From positions 1 to 24,448 of IMG/VR virus record IMGVR_UViG_3300033514_000533: a DNA stretch of 24,448 nt; one strand, 5' to 3'. Below are positions 7,499 to 17,619 of this stretch, piece by piece; position 1 is the stretch's first letter; the number at the start of each line of letters is the position of its first letter. Under the pieces are notes generated by a model. It did no database searches. It was not told the origin of the DNA and saw only the letters and a list, made by a program, of their open reading frames with translations. The stretch is from a virus. Its lineage: Duplodnaviria; Caudoviricetes. The translations under genes were made by a program, and so were the position numbers.

Positions 7499-8794
7499 AT
7501 GAGCATAACATTAAATAGAACAGTAAAAACACCACAAGAAGCTGTGAATGATTTTTCAAATCATTCTAATACACAAAAAGTAGCAGTTGGCTATATGCCG
7601 TACACAATTCCCGCAATGGAAAGTAGAGAATGGTTGGTTCGATTTTTTCCTATTGATTTGTTAGAGCAATACTTAAAAAGTGGCAGCAAGGAATCAATTA
7701 TTGATTTCAATTATAATATTGATGAAAATCCATTTCATAGACATATTGTATATCATGAAACAGATAAAGGTAGCGTTCCTTGTATGAACTTTTTAAGGCT
7801 CATTCCAGAAAGAAGAAATGGTCATGAAGAATATTGTGATATTTGTGGAACGCGTTTTAAGATATTAGACCTTCCCCCATCAGACGATAAGAAACTTGAA
7901 TATTTAAAATCTAAAGGCAAAACATTTAACAGTAATGGTCTGGAAGATAAGTTTTTTGAGTCTAATGTAGAAAAGAAATTGCAAAAAGGAATTCAACCAA
8001 CTAAAACATATCTGTATTTAATGTATGTTCATCAGTTTCCTTCTGATTACATAGAAAATAATAACAGTGTAGATTATTTACCAAAATTAAATAATCGTAT
8101 GCTTTTTGTAGCCAAAGTTAATAAAAAAACGCACGAATCTATTAACGCTTCGCTCGAATTTTATCTGAATAAAAAGAATAATGAGCAATTTATCAAGTCA
8201 ATCGATCCTAGAATTGATGTTGCACCTTATTTTACATTAAATTTTAAAGCGTCTTTAGAAAAGCCTAAAGACCCAAAATCAAAAAAATTGATCAGTTTGG
8301 TTTTGTCGTTATCAGATGATAATTGTGAATACAGCGATGATTTAAAGAAAGAACTTTCTGACGTGAAGGAAGGGAAAATCAAACCAGAAGATACAATGTT
8401 ATTTGGGAAGTCGAATGTAAAACAAGTTATTGTTGAAGATAAATATGATGCAGATAAACAGAAGGCAGCATTTAATTTCGCCAAATCTCAAATGAATGCT
8501 ATTTTTAGACAGAAAAATCGTGAAGATTTACTGCTTCCAATTGATAATACTAACGCAGTAGTTGTAAATATGTCATCGCAAGCAAATCAAAAGCATACAT
8601 GTTTTGGTAGCTTCTCGGAAGGAGATACAGACTGCATTAAATGTAGTTATTTAACACAATGTGAAAGTGCGACAGGTCGTCCTACCGTACCTACCGTACC
8701 TGTTCCTAGCTCTAAAGCTGCATTGGATAATAATATTAAAGCATTAACACATTCTGTCTCAGAATCAAATTTTGATGATGATGTTCCTTTTTAA
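7499..8794 (+). CDS. Single-stranded DNA-binding protein (T4 gp32-like)
   Basis: WLVRFFP (cf. gp32 VIRFLP), H...C...CDIC zinc ligands, acidic SSB tail NFDDDVPF, and location in a replication operon. Confidence 0.7.
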   Translation: MSITLNRTVKTPQEAVNDFSNHSNTQKVAVGYMPYTIPAMESREWLVRFFPIDLLEQYLKSGSKESIIDFNYNIDENPFHRHIVYHETDKGSVPCMNFLRLIPERRNGHEEYCDICGTRFKILDLPPSDDKKLEYLKSKGKTFNSNGLEDKFFESNVEKKLQKGIQPTKTYLYLMYVHQFPSDYIENNNSVDYLPKLNNRMLFVAKVNKKTHESINASLEFYLNKKNNEQFIKSIDPRIDVAPYFTLNFKASLEKPKDPKSKKLISLVLSLSDDNCEYSDDLKKELSDVKEGKIKPEDTMLFGKSNVKQVIVEDKYDADKQKAAFNFAKSQMNAIFRQKNREDLLLPIDNTNAVVVNMSSQANQKHTCFGSFSEGDTDCIKCSYLTQCESATGRPTVPTVPVPSSKAALDNNIKALTHSVSESNFDDDVPF

Positions 8795-8872
8795 TTAACA
8801 TTTAAACAAACAGTGTATAAGAAACTATATGCTGTTTGTCGTTGTTCAGACAATTCCAACAAGATTAATTTT

Positions 8873-9750
8873 ATGACAAAAGCATTAATAATCGCTGATG
8901 TTCATATTGATGATTATAGAGAACACAACTTAGAAAATGATGCTAAATTCAGATTAAATCAATTTATAAAATTAGCTTATAGAACTAAAGAGGTTATCGA
9001 AAATGAAAAATGTGAATATCTTTTTATTTGTGGTGATTTTTTAAACAAATCATCGCCACACCCATACATCTCAAATGTTGCAAAACAATTTTTAAAGATT
9101 GTAAGTAAAGTAGCAAAAGTTTATTTAGTGGCAGGTCAACACGATTTAGATACTAGGTCTAATCTTTCTTCTACTACAGTATGTAAACATGAAAACACGT
9201 ATTTAACGTTATTTGAAGAAATAGACAATGTTCATTATCTTCATAAGGATATATTGAGGATAGGTGATGTTGAAATAGGATTTAATGGTTGGGAAAATAA
9301 CTATGATTTATCGTGGATAAACGACAGATCATATAAAAAACAAGTTGATATTTTGATTAGCCATAAAACTATCAACGGATCACTATTAAGTAGTGGATAT
9401 AGTGTTAAAGGTAATGATATTTCGTTAGATTATTTTAATGTGGGTTTTTTTGGTGATATTCATAAATATCAAGTATTGAATAATGGCAAGGTAGTGATAC
9501 CGGGTGCAATTATACAACACTCTCTTGGGGATTGTGAAGATAATGCTTATATTGTTTGCAATATAGAAACGCAACAATGGTATCGAATCCCAACGGTATC
9601 TGAAAAATATAAATTTTTAGTCTTTAAAAAAGACAGCGAATCTAATTATGAAGAATTAATTGTATCTAAAAGTAAAGATAAGATCACAAGAAAGCATATA
9701 TATAACAAACTAAATATATTGGATTTAATCCAAGCATATATAGATAAACA
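8873..9750 (+). CDS. sbcD: Mre11/SbcD (gp47-like) metallophosphoesterase nuclease; exon 1 of a probable SbcD-SbcC fusion
   Basis: Motifs ADVH, CGDF, AGQHD, ISH, GDIH. Start ATG 8873. The frame is interrupted by the intron GTGCG at 9751; the track ORF runs on to a stop at 9772 inside the intron. Confidence 0.88.
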
Positions 9751-11880
9751 GTGCGATTTGTTGGTAGCCTAATACATAAGCTACCCAATTGATTTAGAAG
9801 ATAAAATCAATTGAACTGATGTGTAAAGTGGTGAAAACCCACCCGTCCCGGCATGGACGTGAAGCAGACCTACCCACAGGGAGATAGCTCAATTCTATCA
9901 AGCTGAAGCTGGGAATAGGACGGAATCAGAGGACTCACCTGAAGCCCACACTGCCGTTAGCTTAGTTCTCATGATGAAATGGTGTACAAACAATTGCCTG
10001 AAAAAGTCTCCAACTATACTATAGAAATAAAGGTGAAGCAAAAGAAACTATAGAATATCCAATACTCGCTAGATTATTGTTTAGATACTAGCAATGCTGA
10101 GTAGGATGTGGGGAAAATGGCAGCATCTAAAAGAACAGTATGGTTGCACATCGGAACAAATAAAAACGTCTGAAAGGTCTGGTAACTTGGTCGTTATCAG
10201 TAGGATAGATGAGAATCGGAATCCCTCAAGACGGGTAAGATGTCTCGTAATTGAGACAAGGATTTGAGAATGAATTTGCAAACTAACAACAATGGAATTA
10301 GACACATGATTACTAATCATAGTGAGTTCAAGACTGCTCAAATAACAGTCTTTAAGTTGCAAAAGCGAATTTATAAAGCTACCGCTAGAGGTGATTTACG
10401 GTCAGCACGTAAACTCCAAAAGTTGTTGCTCAACTCTCAATCAGCAAAGATAATAGCAGTACGTCAAGTAACACAATTGAATCAAGGTAAAAAGACAGCA
10501 GGTATTGATGGAATAATAGCATTAACACCAAAAGAAAGAATGGAATTGATAGTAAGATTGAGAATGTGGAAAACATGGAAACATCAAGCACTCAGAGAAA
10601 TCCCAATCAAGAAAAAGAATGGTAAAACTCGAATGCTAAAAATTCCCACAATCTCAGATAGAGCTTATCAATGCCTTCTGAAATTGGCACTAGAACCAGC
10701 ACATGAAGTCACTTTACATGAAAGAAGTTACGGGTTTAGAACAGGTCGAAGTGCACACGATGCACAGAAAAACGTGTTTGTCAACCTGAGAAGCAACTCC
10801 AATGGAAAAGACAAACGTGTATTGGAATTAGATATATCTCAATGCTTCGATAAAATCGAACATAAATCAATACTGGAAAAACTGATAGCTCCAAAATGGG
10901 CGATAAAAGGAATAAAACTAGCACTAAAAGCTGGAATAAACCCTGAATTCCCATCACAAGGCACACCACAAGGTGGAATAATTAGTCCGCTGTTAGCAAA
11001 CATTGCATTAAACGGTATAGAAAACATACACCCATCAATAAGATACGCAGATGATGTGGTAATATTTCTAAAACCAACCGATGATGAAAAAGCGATACTA
11101 AACAAGCTGCAAATATTCTTAACTGAAAGAGGATTGACAATAAATGAAGAGAAAACACGGGTAACACCAACAACCAAAGGTTTTAACTTTCTTGGGTGGA
11201 CGTTTATTAACAAACCCAATGGCAAATTAACCTGCTATCCTACAAATGAAAGCAGAGAAGAATTGACAAAGAAAGTGAAAAATCTAATCACTAAAAGCGG
11301 ATTACCAACAAGTGAAAAGGTAGTAAAACTAGCACCAATTATACGTGGCTGGAGAAACTACCATAAATACTGTGATATGACAGGAAATAACGGACTATGG
11401 AATCTAAATAAATGGACGTGGAAACAACTGCATAAAAACAAGAATGCAACAGTGTATCAGACGAACAGTCTAATACAAAAAGCATTCCCAACAGTAGATT
11501 ATAGCTTGTTTAGCTTTGTAAGTGTAAAGGGAAATAAATCCCCTTATGACGGCGATATGATGTATTGGTCAGCAAGAAATTCCAAACTGTACGATAATCA
11601 AACAGCCAAAGCACTAAAGAAGCAGGGTAATAAATGTGGAAAATGTGGTATGTACTTAACGGGAGAACAACCAGTTGAATTACACCATATAAATGGAAAT
11701 CACAGTGACAACAAGCCTAAAAACTTAATAGCAATACATCGCTCATGTCACATAGAAATCCACTCCACGTATAGCAAAGGTCTGATAAACCTAACAAATT
11801 CGGGAGCCGTGTGAGGTGAAAGTCTCATGCACGGATTTAATCGAGAAGCGTCCTATATAATAGTAGGCGTTGACTCAACT
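9751..11880 (+). mobile_element. Group IIB intron (chloroplast-like/cyanobacterial CL-type), complete with IEP
   Basis: 5' GTGCG; DI closing stem atttgtt/aacaaat; EBS1 TGTTTA (10078-10083, in a gctag/ctagc loop) complementary to the exon end TAAACA; J2/3 AGA at 10212; DV gagccgtgtgaggtgaaagtctcatgcacggattt (~11803-11838); DVI with bulged A11873. Confidence 0.92.
10264..11814 (+). CDS. ltrA: Group II intron reverse transcriptase/maturase with HNH endonuclease
   Basis: RT0 LQKRIYKA/NQGKKTAGIDG, RMLKIPTISDR, SYGFRTGRSAHDA, GTPQGGIISPLLANI, RYADD, X domain IRGWRNY, CGKC...HHINGNHSDNKPKNL...CH. The real start may be ATG 10270 or 10306. Confidence 0.95.
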   Translation: MRMNLQTNNNGIRHMITNHSEFKTAQITVFKLQKRIYKATARGDLRSARKLQKLLLNSQSAKIIAVRQVTQLNQGKKTAGIDGIIALTPKERMELIVRLRMWKTWKHQALREIPIKKKNGKTRMLKIPTISDRAYQCLLKLALEPAHEVTLHERSYGFRTGRSAHDAQKNVFVNLRSNSNGKDKRVLELDISQCFDKIEHKSILEKLIAPKWAIKGIKLALKAGINPEFPSQGTPQGGIISPLLANIALNGIENIHPSIRYADDVVIFLKPTDDEKAILNKLQIFLTERGLTINEEKTRVTPTTKGFNFLGWTFINKPNGKLTCYPTNESREELTKKVKNLITKSGLPTSEKVVKLAPIIRGWRNYHKYCDMTGNNGLWNLNKWTWKQLHKNKNATVYQTNSLIQKAFPTVDYSLFSFVSVKGNKSPYDGDMMYWSARNSKLYDNQTAKALKKQGNKCGKCGMYLTGEQPVELHHINGNHSDNKPKNLIAIHRSCHIEIHSTYSKGLINLTNSGAV

Positions 11881-13870
11881 TAATATGTCAGCAATTCATT
11901 CATATTATTTTAATAAAATAAAAGATGGGATTGAGTCTTTTATTGATTGCGATTTTACAATCAATTCTGTTGAATTGAAGAATTTTCGATCTGTTGAATA
12001 TTTAAAGTTCTTACCAAAAGAAGGTATTACACTGATACAGGGAGATGTTGGCAGTGGAAAATCAACATTAATTAATGCTATTAGGTATGTCTTCTTAGAT
12101 GCAAAAGACTCTATCAATCTGAAGGACTTGGTTAAGCTGAATTCAAAATCAATGAGCGTGTCTATTGAGATAGCGTATCAAGGGCATACACATTATATTG
12201 AGCGAGGTTATGCCAAAAATAGCGGTTACTTGATATATAAAATTAACAACAAACTAATTGAGTCTGAAAATCAATCCAGCATAAAAAGTCACATTTCAAA
12301 TAATTTAAGATTTTTAAAGCTATTTAATGTTTTTTTCTTTAATCAGCGTAGAGAAGGTTTTTTAAGCAGTTATTCTTATTCTGAACGCGTTTCTTTAATA
12401 TCTGACATTCTAAACTTAGATATATTAGATAAGATATATAGATTAGTTGTTGATGATGTCGCTAAATTAAAAAATGAGATTAGTTTAATTTCAAATGAAA
12501 TAAACAGTAAAACAGCGACAATAAATGCAAGAAAAGAGCAGATAGCGCATTGGAATAGTGATATTGATTATCAATCATTAATTGCAGATAATTTGAGATT
12601 AATATCTATTTATTCTTTGATAATAGAGTTAAACGAAAAAACAGAATCGCATTCTAAACAGCAACAGATTAATCGTAAAATTGTTGAATCATTGTCTGAT
12701 TTGCCGCAGTTATTGTCAAAATCAACGGATAAAACACCGTTACTATTAGAAAAAAATAACTTATTGTCTTTGCTAGAAGAATCGACATCGGAATTAATAC
12801 GCAGACAAAAATTATTAGAAAAATATAAAAATGAAATCAATAAAATTCAGTTAAATGTTGATATTTTAAAAAAACAAAGAGATGTCTTAAAAGAATCAAA
12901 ATGTCATGCTTGCGGACATTCGTTAAATGCAGAAGAAATAGAATCTCTAAAACAAAAAACAGATTTGAGTATTTCAGAAAACGAAAACAGATTGGAAAAA
13001 GGTAAAAAAGCTGTAGAAAGTATTGATATAGACAGTGTTGAATTAAAAAATTACAAAATTAAATCACTTATATCTGAAATTGACAATAAGATTTCGTTGA
13101 TTCTTGCAGAAGAAGATAATTTCATAAAACAACAAAACAATCAAAGAAAGTTAGCTGTTGCAAAAGATATTATAACTACTTCTGAAAACCAAATAGAGGC
13201 TTTACAACACAAAATTCTTGCTGTTTGTGAAGAGCATAATGTACAGCCGATAAATGCCTACCAAGAAGTGATGAAGTTGAAGGAGGAAAATGCTGGCTTT
13301 AATCAGTTGCTTATATTAAAAAACAAATATCAGATTTCACTTGAAAAAATAGAAAAAGATGAGGCAACTCTAAAGGATACTCAGCACTCTCTTGCAATAA
13401 AAGAGGCTAATCTAGTGGATTTGTCGAAATATTTAGAATTGTTTTCTCCAAAAGGTGAGATTCTACTGTCGATTTTAAATGAGTTATCCCAAATATTCTC
13501 AAACAATCATATTAATGTTCGTTCTATTAAAAAATTAACAAACGGTGATGTAAGACCAGATTTCGATATTGATTTTAAAGTAGATAATGAGTGGATAAAG
13601 TATGATATGTGTAGCGGCGGTCAGCAAACCATAATAGATATTTCAATACTAGAAAAGCTATATGGGATATTAGGAAAGGTTGGTGTGTTGGCATTTGATG
13701 AGACATTTAAGTTTTTAGGGGATTCTGATACAGAGCAGGTGTTGCAATCAATAAAATTAATTGATGCTAATCACGTATTTATCATATCTCATGCTCAAAA
13801 TTTTCCTTATTCGGATTCTTTAATCAAAGTTGACTTTGATAAAAAAAGCATATATAATGTTGTGTTTTAA
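11881..13870 (+). CDS. sbcC: Rad50/SbcC (gp46-like) SMC ATPase; exon 2 of a probable SbcD-SbcC fusion
   Basis: ELKNFRS, Walker A GDVGSGKS, Q-loop FFNQ, coiled coils with a CHAC zinc hook, signature CSGGQ, Walker B AFDE, ISH switch. Confidence 0.9.
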
Positions 13871-13935
13871 ACCCTAGATAATAGTTGAATTGTTATTCAT
13901 TGCTAATTTCAATAATTATTTTTTGGGAGATTTTA

Positions 13936-14589
13936 ATGGACGATAGATTACAAAGACACACATTGCATAATGGCAAAACCCTTGTTATTTTCGGTAGAGA
14001 TAATGCCGAAATTATACATGCTTTTGCGAGAATTCAAGAATATTATGAATCTAAAGATTTTAAGGACGTTATTGTAGATAATTTAGAAGAAATTATAGAT
14101 TCATATAAAAACAAATATGATATAGATTATATGAATAATTGGGATGGTTTTAATATACCAAAAACAATAGTATTTGATTTTGTTAAAAAATGCAAGGTGT
14201 TGAATAGACATGAGAAATTGTTGGTTAGACTTTTAAAGTCTATGAATAGTGTTGAGTATGTCATAGCTTATGTAACAAAAAAATCAGACGCTATACTGCA
14301 TGAAATTGCTCACTCGATGTATTATCATGACAGTGAATATAGAGATAAAGTAAATAGTGAAATTGGAAAGTATAATACTAAAAAGATTGATAAAATCCTT
14401 TCAGAGCGTGGTAAACATGAATCAGTTTATCTGAATGAAATTAATGCACATGCAATTTCTGGTATGGATGATCTGTTTAGTAATTGGTTTGATTCGCTGC
14501 AATGGTTATTTTATTATAAATGGTATTACTGCAATATGATTAAAAACTTAGAAAAAACATATAATCATTATATGTTGCGTAACCAATAA
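13936..14589 (+). CDS. HExxH zinc metallopeptidase-like protein
   Basis: AILHEIAH plus downstream NEINAH (possible third ligand). ATG 13936 has a GGAG RBS. Confidence 0.55.
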   Translation: MDDRLQRHTLHNGKTLVIFGRDNAEIIHAFARIQEYYESKDFKDVIVDNLEEIIDSYKNKYDIDYMNNWDGFNIPKTIVFDFVKKCKVLNRHEKLLVRLLKSMNSVEYVIAYVTKKSDAILHEIAHSMYYHDSEYRDKVNSEIGKYNTKKIDKILSERGKHESVYLNEINAHAISGMDDLFSNWFDSLQWLFYYKWYYCNMIKNLEKTYNHYMLRNQ

Positions 14590-14603
14590 TGGAGTAGCTT
14601 ATA

Positions 14604-16037
14604 ATGAAAATATTAATTGTTGATCCCCAGAATTACAATTTATTGGATTTTGCATTGTCTTGCATGGCAATTGGTCATGACATAACATATTATATCGAAA
14701 GTACAGATAGAAATAATTTAACAGGTAGCGGTTTATTGGAAATATCTTCTTCATGGGAAGATAAGTTAGAAGGTAAGGATTTGATTTTATTTGCTACAAA
14801 TAATTACAAAAATGAACTTGTAGATAAGTTGATATCGGGCAATTATCCAGTTGTTGGTGCGGGTTCTTTGGGTAGTAAATTAGAGTCCGATAGAGAATTT
14901 GGGATTGATATTCTTAAACAATATAATATTTTCAATACTATTCCATGTAAAAAATTCAATACTAAGTATGAATGCGAACAATATATTGTCAATAATTCAG
15001 ATCAAAGATTTGTTTTTAAACCGCCCGGCGAAACTATTGATAAATCCATGACGTATGTCAGTAGAAATAATAAAGATTTGTTGTTTATGTTGAGTTATTG
15101 GGAAAAACTAGGCAAACTACCATCGCAATTTTATTTGCAGAAATTTATTAAAGGAGTGGAAATGGCTGTTGGTAGTTGGTTTAGTTATAAATCAGGTTTT
15201 TCAAGATATGTGTTTGAAAATTTTGAATTTAAAAAGCTCATGAATGATGATTTGGGTGTTGCTACATACGAGCAGGGTACAGTGGGCAGATATGTTTTAG
15301 GTGCTAAATCAAAACTAGCTCAATCCGTTCTATTTAAAATAGAGAGCTATTTAAAGCAAATAAAATATATTGGATATATAGATGTAAATTGCATTGTAAG
15401 CAATGAGGGGATAGCATATCCACTAGAATTTACTACTAGATTCGGATATCCAACATTTGCATTACAAAGCACATTACACAAAGGCGATCCTGCTCAGTTT
15501 TTATTGGATTTAACTCAAGGTAAAGATACACTGAGAGTAGATGAAAGTGTAGCTACATGTGTTGTTTTATCGCAACCAGATTATCCTTATGATAAAATAC
15601 CAGTTGAACAACAGGTTGGGATACCAATTTTTGGAATAACAAAAGAAAATAGAAAATTCATTAAATTGTTTTTGGCTATGCAAACTAAAGTGCCTGAAAT
15701 TATCGACGGCAAAATACAACAAGTAAATGAATTTGCAACAACAGGCGGTTTTATTATGTGTTGTGTTGGAGTAGGAGGTTCTGTTCAAGAATCCCAAGAT
15801 AGAGCATATAAATTAGTGAAAACCATAGAAATTCCAAACTCATTGATGTATAGAACTGATATTGGCGACAGATTAGAACATCAAATCCCGATACTGCATT
15901 CTTTAGGCTATTGTAACGATATGGAATATGGTGCAAATTTCAAATATAAACAAGAAGATATAAATCAAAAACCATCAGATAATCAAAGCAGTATAGCAAG
16001 AAGCACTTTAGATTATCTATCTACATTAGTTGTATAA
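14604..16037 (+). CDS. PurD (GAR synthetase)-like ATP-grasp ligase
   Basis: LESDREFG (cf. LEGSKAF), FVFKP, QKFIKGVE, EFTTRFGYP (cf. EFNxRFGDP), TGG and YRTDIG; GGAG RBS. Lacks the N-terminal GxGGREH. Confidence 0.75.
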   Translation: MKILIVDPQNYNLLDFALSCMAIGHDITYYIESTDRNNLTGSGLLEISSSWEDKLEGKDLILFATNNYKNELVDKLISGNYPVVGAGSLGSKLESDREFGIDILKQYNIFNTIPCKKFNTKYECEQYIVNNSDQRFVFKPPGETIDKSMTYVSRNNKDLLFMLSYWEKLGKLPSQFYLQKFIKGVEMAVGSWFSYKSGFSRYVFENFEFKKLMNDDLGVATYEQGTVGRYVLGAKSKLAQSVLFKIESYLKQIKYIGYIDVNCIVSNEGIAYPLEFTTRFGYPTFALQSTLHKGDPAQFLLDLTQGKDTLRVDESVATCVVLSQPDYPYDKIPVEQQVGIPIFGITKENRKFIKLFLAMQTKVPEIIDGKIQQVNEFATTGGFIMCCVGVGGSVQESQDRAYKLVKTIEIPNSLMYRTDIGDRLEHQIPILHSLGYCNDMEYGANFKYKQEDINQKPSDNQSSIARSTLDYLSTLVV

Positions 16038-16587
16038 TTCAATTGTTGCAACATACATGTATTTACAAAAAAGTATTAATAGAAATATACCATTAAAATC
16101 AGTAATAATCAGAGATGATAGCGAGATTGAAAAACAAGAAGAAAGCAATCCATATCTCAAGATAGAAGCAGACGATATCGGTATTATATGCAACTTCAAT
16201 GACAGTTTAAAATATGCTGAAAAATCAGGTTGCACTCCATATTCAGTAATATGGTATGAATTAATACTATCAAATTGTTTGCAAAAACCAGTTAAGATTC
16301 TTTCCTTTAATTACAAGGAAGGTGTAAGAAGCACATTTTTGTATTTAGAGTTAATATATACACTATTAAATAGTGGCAATACTTCTTTGAAAACAATAAA
16401 AGGTGTTATAACTAAAGAATTGCGTTCTTGTTTTAAACGAGGTTTTAATGTGAAAATCTTAAAAAAAGAAAAAACTAAAATTATAGTTGAAATTTTCAAT
16501 GATAAAATCAAAGATGATATTGTTCTCTTAGTGAGTAAGTATATATCAAGCGGATTTAATATAATTGTAATTCTTAAAACTATTTAA
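16030..16587 (+). CDS. Hypothetical protein
   Basis: 185-aa ORF tightly packed in the operon; start uncertain (TTG 16030 or a later ATG). Confidence 0.6.
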   Translation: MYNSIVATYMYLQKSINRNIPLKSVIIRDDSEIEKQEESNPYLKIEADDIGIICNFNDSLKYAEKSGCTPYSVIWYELILSNCLQKPVKILSFNYKEGVRSTFLYLELIYTLLNSGNTSLKTIKGVITKELRSCFKRGFNVKILKKEKTKIIVEIFNDKIKDDIVLLVSKYISSGFNIIVILKTI

Positions 16588-16597
16588 AGGGTTTATT

Positions 16598-16780
16598 ATG
16601 TTTATACCAATTACAAGTGGTGGTTTTTTTTTGCTTTTTAAAGAGGATGATAATGTATTATCATCTATAACGGGCGTGTATGATTATAAAATAAGCAAAG
16701 AAGTACCCTACGAATTGTACATGAAAATGTTTAATATGGCAATTGAAAGATTAAATCAATCGAAAATAATTGACGAATAA
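16598..16780 (+). CDS. Small hypothetical protein
   Basis: 60 aa, AAGGG RBS, fills the gap between neighbours. Confidence 0.55.
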   Translation: MFIPITSGGFFLLFKEDDNVLSSITGVYDYKISKEVPYELYMKMFNMAIERLNQSKIIDE

Positions 16781-17210
16781 CGGTATGAATTTATATAGAA
16801 AAAGTTACGAGGAATTAAGGTGTTATAGAAGCAATATAGAATACACTGATTTTTTATATATTGTTAGCTCAGTTATATCATACATAAAAAATCAGCAAAT
16901 CCACAACGCAGATTTTACGGAAAAATGCAAAATTGTTAATCACAATTTATTGGAATTGTATAACGTACAATTAAAGAGAGAATATAGTGAATCTCTTTTT
17001 AATAATTTTGAGAACTTAATTATTGATGCAAATATCATTAATGTTGAATTGGTAGCGGGATATATTTTTAAATACATTGATTATATTGACTCAAATTATG
17101 AATTTCTAATATCTGATTTGGAGGATTTGTATGGTAAAATGAAATTATTTCTAGCAAGCAAGAACGCTAAGTTTTCTTTAACGGAAAATATATCAATAAT
17201 CTACAGATAA
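16770..17210 (+). CDS. Hypothetical protein
   Basis: 146-aa ORF (ATG 16785 is an alternative start) in an operon-like arrangement. Confidence 0.6.
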   Translation: MTNNGMNLYRKSYEELRCYRSNIEYTDFLYIVSSVISYIKNQQIHNADFTEKCKIVNHNLLELYNVQLKREYSESLFNNFENLIIDANIINVELVAGYIFKYIDYIDSNYEFLISDLEDLYGKMKLFLASKNAKFSLTENISIIYR

Positions 17211-17216
17211 AACGAC

Positions 17217-17579
17217 ATGAAAGACAACGAAAATTTAAAAAAAATCCTGAGAAGAATAAACAACTATTTCTTTAATTACAAAAATGAATATGATCAAGGC
17301 AAACCATTGGTTATGTTTGCAGATATAGATTTACTAGAAAATTATTTTGTTATTTTTACAAAAGAAAATGAAGATATATTGAATTTTCATAATGGTATTT
17401 TATTGAATACCGTGACTAATGAAATATATGAATTGAAAGCAAAAATATATAGCTTTCTAAAACAAGAAGCGGTTGATATTGATAGAATTATCAACCTATC
17501 AGAGAGAATACTGTTTAAGATAGATAGTATAGAAAGTTTTCTGAAAAACTATGAATTAATGAAGAAAATATTACTTTAA
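17217..17579 (+). CDS. Hypothetical protein
   Basis: 120-aa ORF ending at the terminator. Confidence 0.65.
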   Translation: MKDNENLKKILRRINNYFFNYKNEYDQGKPLVMFADIDLLENYFVIFTKENEDILNFHNGILLNTVTNEIYELKAKIYSFLKQEAVDIDRIINLSERILFKIDSIESFLKNYELMKKILL

Positions 17580-17580
17580 A

Positions 17581-17619
17581 AAAAAGGTCGCTATATCATG
17601 CCAATATAGCGACCTTTTT
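17581..17619. terminator. Bidirectional intrinsic terminator
   Basis: aaaaaggtcgctatat-catgcca-atatagcgaccttttt between convergent genes; U-tract on both strands. Confidence 0.88.

Noticed and set aside
10264-11814. Retron, DGR or defence-associated RT
   Set aside because: RT0, the X domain, HNH and the full ribozyme (GUGCG, EBS1, DV, DVI) identify a group II intron.
14604-16037. Assigning the symbol purD
   Set aside because: The substrate-binding GxGGREH motif is missing and there is no purine operon context.
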